A stretch of DNA of 38,015 bases from a virus (taxonomy: Duplodnaviria; Heunggongvirae; Uroviricota; Caudoviricetes; Crassvirales): positions 64,001 to 102,015 of IMG/VR virus record IMGVR_UViG_3300027741_000036. One strand, given 5' to 3'. Positions 19,494-26,133 of the stretch are shown piece after piece (the stretch's first letter is position 1; each line of letters starts with the position of its first letter). The position numbers were made by a program, and so were the translations under genes. Under the pieces are notes generated by a model. It saw nothing but the letters and a program-made list of their open reading frames with translations. It searched no databases and was not told where the DNA came from.

Positions 19494-20234
19494 ATGAATG
19501 GAAATAATAAGAAAGACTTAAGAGCCTTTGTTCGCTATGATGGTAGCGGAAGAGTTGTTGCAGGATCATTAATCTTGAGAAGACAAAAACCTAAAGTTGG
19601 TAAATGGACAGAAGTACAAGGATATGAATGTTGTACAGATCACACATTAACTACAACTGTAGCTGCTGCAATCACTAACTTTAAAGTGAGATTGTATTGT
19701 GGTGGTTCTATAGGAAGTGCATTACTTTCTACTACAGGATGGACTGCTGGTGCTGGATGGACTGGTAATAATACCACAGGGTATATACATGCAACAGGAT
19801 CTTTAGCCACTCTATCTAATGTAATAGCTGCTGCAATAGGTCAACAATACACAATTGGTTTAACAATCACTAGTAGAACAGCTGGAAGTATTAGTGTAAC
19901 ATTTGGTGGTGTAACCACTGCAGGTATTACAGCAAGTACAAATCTTAGTGTATTAGCTACAGGAGTAGGAAATTTAGTAATTACTCCTCTTACAACATTT
20001 GATGGCACTGTAATAGTTTCGATTAAAAAGACTCCTACATTAGTTACAACTCTTGCTTCTTCACAATCATCTACTACTGTTGCAGATCTTGTTACTAGAT
20101 TAAACACTACATATCCTGTTCTTGGAGTTTTCTCTACAACAGGTGGTACAAATTTAACTTTAGTGATGACAGATCTTCAGAAACAAGCACTTTGTTCTGG
20201 ACAACAAGCATTAACAATGACTGTATCAATATAA
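19494..20234 (+). CDS. Thr-rich structural protein with N-terminal PKVG-x-W module and beta-sandwich body
   Basis: N-terminal 34 aa shared with the 22450 ORF; Thr/Gly-rich beta-prone remainder. Confidence 0.6.
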   Translation: MNGNNKKDLRAFVRYDGSGRVVAGSLILRRQKPKVGKWTEVQGYECCTDHTLTTTVAAAITNFKVRLYCGGSIGSALLSTTGWTAGAGWTGNNTTGYIHATGSLATLSNVIAAAIGQQYTIGLTITSRTAGSISVTFGGVTTAGITASTNLSVLATGVGNLVITPLTTFDGTVIVSIKKTPTLVTTLASSQSSTTVADLVTRLNTTYPVLGVFSTTGGTNLTLVMTDLQKQALCSGQQALTMTVSI

Positions 20235-20244
20235 ACCAAAAACC

Positions 20245-20667
20245 ATGGCAATCAAATCACTATTTCCAGAAGAGATGATGGAATCAGCTGGAAGCAGCTT
20301 AAGTCTTGATGCAATTAAGGCTAAACTAAATTATTTTGAACTACAATTACATGAACTTCATTGGCAAACTAGAGGGTTTGCTGAACATGAAGCTCTTGGT
20401 AAAATCTATGACAAGGTGTTTGATCTTAAAGATGAGATTGTAGAAAAAATAATGGGCTATACAGGAACTAGAACTAAAGCTATGCCTGTTCAACCTATTA
20501 AGGATTACACTCCTGGTATGTCTGAACAAGTGGTTAGAGAACTAAACACCTTTGCTAAGCAATTAGAAGCTTTTGGTGAATCAAACGATATGCCTGATAT
20601 AGAAAACATAGCACAATCTTTAAGTGGGGATGCTGCTCAAACTCTTTATAGACTAACACTGTCTTAA
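20245..20667 (+). CDS. Ferritin/Dps-like four-helix-bundle protein
   Basis: LHELHWQT..AEHEALGKIY..DEIVEKIMG resembles the Dps ferroxidase pattern (HW..H..L..Y..D..E). Confidence 0.75.
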   Translation: MAIKSLFPEEMMESAGSSLSLDAIKAKLNYFELQLHELHWQTRGFAEHEALGKIYDKVFDLKDEIVEKIMGYTGTRTKAMPVQPIKDYTPGMSEQVVRELNTFAKQLEAFGESNDMPDIENIAQSLSGDAAQTLYRLTLS

Positions 20668-20952
20668 ATGCAAATAAATAAGAAATTCTTTCCTGAGATT
20701 ATGCAAGACAATGAGCTTGCATACTTCTCACATTTAGAAGGACTTATTGATTCCATAGATGAGCTGTGTTCAATGGAAATAACCAGAGGTCCAGAATCAT
20801 ATCATTTTAGAATAGCAACATCTGTTCCTAAATATAACAATCTTCTATTAGAGGAGTTGTTAAAGTTTCATAATGTATTCCAAATCAAATTAAATATGAG
20901 TAAGAGTATTAAAACTTCTGCTACAATAGTTTTTGAAATAGAGTTAAATTAA
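20668..20952 (+). CDS. Hypothetical protein
   Basis: 94 aa, abuts upstream stop, followed by a promoter. Confidence 0.7.
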   Translation: MQINKKFFPEIMQDNELAYFSHLEGLIDSIDELCSMEITRGPESYHFRIATSVPKYNNLLLEELLKFHNVFQIKLNMSKSIKTSATIVFEIELN

Positions 20953-20953
20953 A

Positions 20954-20985
20954 TTTGGAAATTACAAATCAAATACATATCTTCG
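20954..20985 (+). promoter_or_regulatory. Bacteroidota-type promoter for the basic-protein cluster
   Basis: AAATTTGG context with TTTG 20954-57, 20-nt spacer, TATCTTCG 20978-85 (one mismatch); same spacing as the 15348 promoter. Confidence 0.6.
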
Positions 20986-21009
20986 TTTTTTAAACCAAAA
21001 TAAATCAAC

Positions 21010-21246
21010 ATGGAAAAGATCACTTACGATCCAAACAAAAAGTACTCATGGACACCTGAAGATTCTTTCACTCTATCTGGAGGAGAATTTGGTGTAATTT
21101 TAAACACTTTAAGAGCTATTCTTAGCACACCTGAAGCAAGTAAAATCTTATTAGCAAACCAAGCTAATACAATTGTTGAAGCTACATTAGCTAAGGCTGT
21201 TGAAGAAGGTGTTGTTAAAGAAGCTGTTGAAGAAGTTGGTGAATAA
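21010..21246 (+). CDS. Hypothetical acidic protein
   Basis: 78 aa, A-rich leader, directly downstream of promoter. Confidence 0.75.
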   Translation: MEKITYDPNKKYSWTPEDSFTLSGGEFGVILNTLRAILSTPEASKILLANQANTIVEATLAKAVEEGVVKEAVEEVGE

Positions 21247-21277
21247 TTTTATTCTGTAACAATTAAACTTCAAGTTT

Positions 21278-21442
21278 ATGAATCAAAGTTGGAAAACAAC
21301 AATCGGTGGCCTTTTAGCTGCTGCTGGAACATTTTTAGTAAACACTCAAACAGGAGTGTTAAACCTTGTTGGACAAATCGTACAAGCTGTAGGATTGTTC
21401 TTCTTAGGATTTTCTGCTCAAGATGTAAAGAAAGTTAGCTAA
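21278..21442 (+). CDS. 54-aa two-TM holin-like membrane protein (absent from ORF track)
   Basis: MNQSWKTTIGGLLAAAGTFLV..IVQAVGLFFLGFSAQDVKKVS; two hydrophobic segments and basic tail; TAATG overlap with next ORF. Confidence 0.7.
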   Translation: MNQSWKTTIGGLLAAAGTFLVNTQTGVLNLVGQIVQAVGLFFLGFSAQDVKKVS

Positions 21443-21588
21443 TGCCTAAGCAAATGATTAAACGTAAGGATGGTTCTGTCTCACAACGAGGGTTGTGGGA
21501 CAACCTCCGTGCGAATAAAGGAAGTGGTAAGAAGCCCACTAAACAAATGCTTCAACAGGAGAAAAAGATTAAATCAAAATCTAAATAA
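21442..21588 (+). CDS. 48-aa basic protein (absent from ORF track)
   Basis: MPKQMIKRKDGSVSQRGLWDNLRANKGSGKKPTKQMLQQEKKIKSKSK; coupled by TAATG. Confidence 0.7.
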   Translation: MPKQMIKRKDGSVSQRGLWDNLRANKGSGKKPTKQMLQQEKKIKSKSK

Positions 21589-21594
21589 TTTACA

Positions 21595-22008
21595 ATGGCA
21601 ATAATGAAAAAACCCATGGCTAAAAAGTCTATGGCTAAGAAATCAGCTCCTAAAAAAGCTATGATGATGAAAAAAGCTCCTGCTAAATCTATGGAATCTC
21701 CAATGATGGCTGGTCCTATGATGAAGAAAGGTGGTATGGTAAAGAAAGCTAAACTTGGTACAACCACTAGTGAAAGCACAAAGTCTCCTAATTATAAGGA
21801 TAGTGCTGCAATCTACGGTAAGCAATTTGATGATTATAGTGCAAAGGCAGTGAATGCAATGGGAACTAGCAAAGCAAGTGGCCTTAGAAAAAAAGCTACT
21901 GAAGCTAGAGAAAAAGAAACTAAGTTTTCTAAAAAAGCTTATGGAACTAGTCCAGGTCTTCCTCAGAAAAAAATGGGTGGTAAAATGTCTAAAAAGAAAG
22001 CTTGTTAA
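21595..22008 (+). CDS. Lys/Ala/Met-rich histone-H1-like basic protein
   Basis: 33 Lys in 137 aa by hand count; repeated xAKK; KKGG and KMGG motifs. Confidence 0.75.
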   Translation: MAIMKKPMAKKSMAKKSAPKKAMMMKKAPAKSMESPMMAGPMMKKGGMVKKAKLGTTTSESTKSPNYKDSAAIYGKQFDDYSAKAVNAMGTSKASGLRKKATEAREKETKFSKKAYGTSPGLPQKKMGGKMSKKKAC

Positions 22009-22009
22009 T

Positions 22010-22450
22010 ATGGCTACAATTAAAAAGGCTGAAGATGGTAAAAAAGTGATAAAAGGCTCTAGACCAAAACTTGGTGTATTTAGAACTGAGAAAGAAAGAA
22101 CTACTAGAGGTGGCCTACTTGAACCTTATAAATATTCAAGACAGTCACTTGATACTTCAGGATATTCAAAAGGTAAACCAACCTATGAATTAAAAACTGA
22201 ACAAGGAGAAGGTGATAAAACTAGATCTAAAGCTACAAGTAATAAATCTAAAACTATTTCTAGAGATGAAGTTCCTTCTACATTAAAGTCTTTAAGTAAG
22301 GCTAAGAATGGTAAATGGATACAAAAAGCTACAGCTTCTATTAAGAAACGTGGAACTGAGGGTAAATGTACCCCTATTACAAAACCTGGATGTACTGGCA
22401 AAGCTAAAGCTCTTGCTAAGACATTCAAGAAAATGGCTAAAAAGAAATAA
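22010..22450 (+). CDS. Basic protein (MATIKK start; track start 21854 trimmed), C-terminal CTPITKPGC motif
   Basis: ATG 1 nt after the upstream TAA; 146 aa, Lys-rich; TAATG overlap with 22450. Confidence 0.75.
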   Translation: MATIKKAEDGKKVIKGSRPKLGVFRTEKERTTRGGLLEPYKYSRQSLDTSGYSKGKPTYELKTEQGEGDKTRSKATSNKSKTISRDEVPSTLKSLSKAKNGKWIQKATASIKKRGTEGKCTPITKPGCTGKAKALAKTFKKMAKKK

Positions 22451-23448
22451 TGGCAAAAAGTATAAAATTAAAACCTTATGCAAGGTTTCTAAAAAATGGA
22501 GAAATAGTACCAGGAAGTCTTGGTTTATACACTCATGCTCCTAAGGTGGGTATATGGAAAGAGGTTCAACCTGTAGAATATTTTAATAAGACTACTCAGC
22601 ACTATCTTGATGTGGTGAACATTACCTATCCAGATGCTGTATTAGCTCAACATCTTGCTACAAGGTTACAATTATTCCTTTCTGATAGAGGTGTGAAAAC
22701 CAGTGATACAGTTTTAAATCTTACAGTGTGTTCAGATGATGTTAATGCTTCTGAGTTTGCTGATATTAATAACATAGGACAAAATCCTCCAGCATTAAAT
22801 TCCTATCTTGGACCATTTATGGGTGGTGGATTAGCTGGTTATCCTCATACAGGAGCTCTAGCATTACAAGCTTGGCAAAGTCATGCTACAACAATGACTC
22901 CTACTGATGGACCATTATTGTTAATTAACATGCCTCACATAGGAGTTACACAACAAGCTGATCTTGTTACTGCTAATGATAATGTAGGTAGAATGTTAAG
23001 AAGAGGAAAGACTTCTGCTACAAGTGATAATACCTGTGGTGCTGTTGTTACAGCTGCTAACTGGGTTATGACAAATGGTGCTGGTGGTTCTGCTCCAACT
23101 AGAGGTGCTGGTGTATTTGCTGATAATGATCAATACTATACACTTGCTAGTATTCTATATACAAACAGAGCTACACTTTGTTCTGCTCCCTATAACTTTG
23201 TTTTAGACCCCACTAAATATAGTGCTGGTGTTAAATTAGCTACAGAATATATAAGAGCAGCAAGTTTTACAGATTTAAAGAATACATTAATTCCTGTTCT
23301 TACAGGGCAAAAAGATCTTTATTTCCTATCTGGAACATTTATTAATGTAGATGATGGATATGCACCATCTATAAACTTTAATGAATTATGGTTGAGAAAC
23401 TCAGGAACTTGGACAGATCTTACAACTGATTTTAGAAATACATTATAG
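22450..23448 (+). CDS. LCIB/LCIC-type beta-carbonic anhydrase domain fused to an N-terminal structural module
   Basis: YPDA..L..G...T...VCSDDVN (C94, D96), FMGGGLAGYPHTG, PHIG (H163), RRG, CGA (C196) reproduce the LCIB_C_CA motif order and the Cys/His/Cys zinc ligands. Confidence 0.8.
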   Translation: MAKSIKLKPYARFLKNGEIVPGSLGLYTHAPKVGIWKEVQPVEYFNKTTQHYLDVVNITYPDAVLAQHLATRLQLFLSDRGVKTSDTVLNLTVCSDDVNASEFADINNIGQNPPALNSYLGPFMGGGLAGYPHTGALALQAWQSHATTMTPTDGPLLLINMPHIGVTQQADLVTANDNVGRMLRRGKTSATSDNTCGAVVTAANWVMTNGAGGSAPTRGAGVFADNDQYYTLASILYTNRATLCSAPYNFVLDPTKYSAGVKLATEYIRAASFTDLKNTLIPVLTGQKDLYFLSGTFINVDDGYAPSINFNELWLRNSGTWTDLTTDFRNTL

Positions 23449-23449
23449 T

Positions 23450-23650
23450 ATGATATATGAACCTCACAATAGAGTGGAAGTCAGTACACCTAAAGGTGAT
23501 GGAATTATATTTTTGGTTACAGACTACGGTCATGAAACTGATACAATTTATACAGTGATTATTAATTCTACAGGAGAAATGTGGCAATATTGTCACAAGG
23601 ACATTATAGTTAAGAACAATATAACATTTGGAAGAAATGGCAACAATTAA
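23450..23650 (+). CDS. Hypothetical protein
   Basis: 66 aa, 1 nt after upstream stop, overlaps next start. Confidence 0.7.
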   Translation: MIYEPHNRVEVSTPKGDGIIFLVTDYGHETDTIYTVIINSTGEMWQYCHKDIIVKNNITFGRNGNN

Positions 23651-23954
23651 GAAATCTGGTCCCTGGAATCCACAAAAGGCTTCTGCTTATGTAGGTAAAG
23701 GAGTTCTTAAAAGTGGTGGTAAGATTAAGCTTTCTGCTGGTGGTGAGAAACATGTTATATATAAAAAGACCAGTCCTACAGGAATTGGTAAAGGTAAGAA
23801 GGGTGATATTATGGTTAATCATCCTACAACTGATAAAGGCAAATGGGATACTATAGATCTCACTAAGAAAGCTGGAGCTAAAACTGTTAAGCAAGGAGTT
23901 GCAGCTACAAAAAAATGGCATAAAGAACATCCATATCCTAAAAAGAAAAAATAA
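23637..23954 (+). CDS. Basic protein (MATIKK start)
   Basis: 105 aa from ATG 23637; KSGG motif; Lys-rich; TAATG overlap with next ORF. Confidence 0.75.
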   Translation: MATIKKSGPWNPQKASAYVGKGVLKSGGKIKLSAGGEKHVIYKKTSPTGIGKGKKGDIMVNHPTTDKGKWDTIDLTKKAGAKTVKQGVAATKKWHKEHPYPKKKK

Positions 23955-24493
23955 TGGCTACAGTTAAAAAGGTTAAGAAAGCTCAAGGTGGAGATAGTCT
24001 TGCTATAAAAACAAATGTGCGTAAAGCATTTGAATCTATAGCAAACAAAAAACCAAAAAAAACTAAATTAGATAATAAGTTATTATATCCAGAGCTTCAG
24101 GCAATGTCACAGCCTGATTTAAAACCTATATCATCTAACAATTATCGTCCAGTAGCACCAAAAAAAACTGGTGGTAAAGTTCCTAACGGTCCTCTTATTA
24201 AGAAGAAAGGTCCATTTAAAGGATCTTCTTTAAAGAATGGTGGTAGTAGTCCAGCTTGGCAAAGAAAAGAAGGAAAGAATGCTTCTGGAGGGCTTAATGC
24301 TAAAGGTAGGGCTTCTTACAATGCTGCTAACCCTGGCAAACCTGGTCTTAAAGCACCTCAGCCAGAAGGAGGTCCTAGAAAGAAATCATTTTGTGCTAGA
24401 ATGTCTGGGATGAAGAAGAAACTTACAAGTGCTAAGACAGCAAATGATCCTAATAGTAGGATTAATAAGAGTCTTAGAAAATGGAAATGTTAA
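23954..24493 (+). CDS. Basic protein with C-terminal PAWQRKEGK..SFCARM..NSRINKSLRKW domain (recalled as DUF6321-like)
   Basis: MATVKK start; AQGG, KTGG, KNGG motifs; C-terminal ~80 aa recognised as a widespread phage domain. Confidence 0.7.
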   Translation: MATVKKVKKAQGGDSLAIKTNVRKAFESIANKKPKKTKLDNKLLYPELQAMSQPDLKPISSNNYRPVAPKKTGGKVPNGPLIKKKGPFKGSSLKNGGSSPAWQRKEGKNASGGLNAKGRASYNAANPGKPGLKAPQPEGGPRKKSFCARMSGMKKKLTSAKTANDPNSRINKSLRKWKC

Positions 24494-24510
24494 ACCTTAA
24501 AATAAATTAA

Positions 24511-24672
24511 ATGAAAAAATTATTATTCGTATTAGCTGTAGCGTTATCAGCATGTGGAGATGCTTCTACAGAAGTTGTTTCTACTGATTCAACTAAAGTC
24601 TCTGATACAACTAAGGTTGTAGAATCAATTAGAGTTATTGATACAACTATTATTGACACTTTAAAAAAGTAA
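24511..24672 (+). CDS. 53-aa lipoprotein (absent from ORF track)
   Basis: MKKLLFVLAVALSA|CGDASTEVVSTDSTKVSDTTKVVESIRVIDTTIIDTLKK; lipobox LSAC; A-rich leader. Confidence 0.8.
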   Translation: MKKLLFVLAVALSACGDASTEVVSTDSTKVSDTTKVVESIRVIDTTIIDTLKK

Positions 24673-24675
24673 ATC

Positions 24676-24954
24676 ATGGCTACAATGAAAAAACCTGCTA
24701 AGAAAATGCAGATGGGTGGAACTAAAATGATGATGAAAAAAGGTGGTTCTTTTCCAGACTTAAATAAGGATGGTAAAATCACTCAAAAAGATATTCTTAT
24801 TGGTAAAGGTGTTCTTCCTAAGACAGCTAAGAAAGGAATGAAAGTTAAGAAGCAAGCTGCTACAGCTATTGCTATGAAAGCTGCTGGTAAAGCTCCTAAG
24901 ACAATGATGAAGACTGGTGGTAAGACTAAAAAATGTGCATATGGCTGCAAGTAA
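24676..24954 (+). CDS. Lys/Met-rich basic protein containing an EF-hand-like loop
   Basis: 25 Lys in 92 aa; MATMKK start; DLNKDGKITQKD at 24757-24792. Confidence 0.75.
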   Translation: MATMKKPAKKMQMGGTKMMMKKGGSFPDLNKDGKITQKDILIGKGVLPKTAKKGMKVKKQAATAIAMKAAGKAPKTMMKTGGKTKKCAYGCK

Positions 24955-25120
24955 ATCTATGACAGCTGGTAAAGCTAAGAAATCAGGAGCTCCAAGAAAA
25001 GCTCCAAAGGTTGGAATTCCTAAGAAGGATAAACCTTTTTCCAAGAATAAATCTATGGATGATAAAGCAATACGAACATCACCTATGCAACCAATGATGC
25101 AAAAAAGATTATCAAAATAA
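24941..25120 (+). CDS. 59-aa basic protein (track start trimmed)
   Basis: MAASKSMTAGKAKKSGAPRKAPK..; overlaps upstream stop by 14 nt. Confidence 0.65.
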   Translation: MAASKSMTAGKAKKSGAPRKAPKVGIPKKDKPFSKNKSMDDKAIRTSPMQPMMQKRLSK

Positions 25121-25126
25121 ATTAAT

Positions 25127-25294
25127 ATGAGACTATTCACATTTATCATCAACGCTATAGACAATGACACTAAAAAAAGACTTAGGCAAATAGAAAGAAA
25201 GCTTGACATGATTCTTGCTGAGAACGCAGAGCTCAAGCAAGAAATATATGATAAGTTAGAAGAGTCTATAGATGATATTAATTCAACCGTTTAA
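25127..25294 (+). CDS. 55-aa coiled-coil protein (absent from ORF track)
   Basis: MRLFTFIINAIDNDTKKRLRQIERKLDMILAENAELKQEIYDKLEESIDDINSTV; fills the gap between neighbours. Confidence 0.65.
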   Translation: MRLFTFIINAIDNDTKKRLRQIERKLDMILAENAELKQEIYDKLEESIDDINSTV

Positions 25295-25313
25295 CCTCTA
25301 AAAACAAATAAAC

Positions 25314-25547
25314 ATGGCTACATTAGAAGAAATCTCTATGAAAGTAGATGAATTACAAGCTGCTCTTGATGCTGAGCAAGAACAAATTGCTATCTTAATT
25401 TCTGCAAAAGATGCAGCAATTACTGGATTAACTGAATCAATCGCTGCTTTAGAAGCAATGGTTGCTGAAGGTGGTACAGCTGAAGCAAGACAAGCTATTG
25501 TTGAAAAGATTGAAGCTGTTAAGGCTGATCTTGAAGCAATTGCATAA
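25314..25547 (+). CDS. Acidic Ala/Glu-rich coiled-coil protein
   Basis: 77 aa; 16 D/E vs 5 K/R; last gene before the terminator. Confidence 0.75.
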   Translation: MATLEEISMKVDELQAALDAEQEQIAILISAKDAAITGLTESIAALEAMVAEGGTAEARQAIVEKIEAVKADLEAIA

Positions 25548-25564
25548 TCTTCTTACAAAGAATT

Positions 25565-25595
25565 AAAAAGCCCCTAGTTTATAGGGGCTTTTTTT
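25565..25595. terminator. Bidirectional intrinsic terminator at the convergence of the two arms
   Basis: AAAAAGCCCCTA-GTTTA-TAGGGGCTTTTT(TT): perfect 12-bp inverted repeat with A and T tracts; the - strand stop at 25594 overlaps the T tract. Confidence 0.92.
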
Positions 25596-26133
25596 ATAAG
25601 TGTTTTAATATAGTTAATCCATTATTGTTAGTGAACCTTTCATGTAAAACCCAATTTGGATTATTCTCTAAAAAATTTGTAATAGCTTTCCATATACCTT
25701 TTTGAGGTGATCCATCATAAGATTCACCATGAACTTCAAAGGATGTAGTATCATGAAAGATAAGATATTTTTTAACTTTACTAGCATGTAAACTAAGTTC
25801 TGTAGACAATTGTGTAAAATTGTGAAGAGTGTCTATAAACAATAAATCAGTTTCTTCAATCTCTATTTGTGTAGTGTCACCAATTATGAATTCAAAATCA
25901 GTAACATCTTTAACCATATCTTTTACAGGTATCCAATCACAAAGTATAATATCATAAGATATCATCTTCTTTGGTTCACCCATGAGCAAAGCATATGTAG
26001 AAACAATATATCTAACTCCCATTTCTGTTACATGGTCACATTCCTCAGCATATCTTTTTAGCGTTGGTAAATGCTCATTTATGTCTGATGGAGTTTTACA
26101 AAACTCGTTGTAAATTTTCTCTAGTTTTTTCAT
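25594..26133 (-). CDS. Class I SAM-dependent methyltransferase (Methyltransf_24-like)
   Basis: VTEMGVR, DLLFIDTLH, YLIFHDT motifs. Confidence 0.8.
   Translation of the reverse strand: MKKLEKIYNEFCKTPSDINEHLPTLKRYAEECDHVTEMGVRYIVSTYALLMGEPKKMISYDIILCDWIPVKDMVKDVTDFEFIIGDTTQIEIEETDLLFIDTLHNFTQLSTELSLHASKVKKYLIFHDTTSFEVHGESYDGSPQKGIWKAITNFLENNPNWVLHERFTNNNGLTILKHL

Noticed and set aside
21595-22008. True histone-fold protein
   Set aside because: Low-complexity Lys/Ala/Met composition only, with no three-helix histone-fold pattern; H1-tail-like is a compositional analogy.
21854-22009. Track 5' extension of the 22010 gene (likewise extensions at 24917, 27207, 35620 and 35984)
   Set aside because: The extensions overlap upstream genes or hairpins; internal ATGs give tight stop/start coupling and family-like N-termini.
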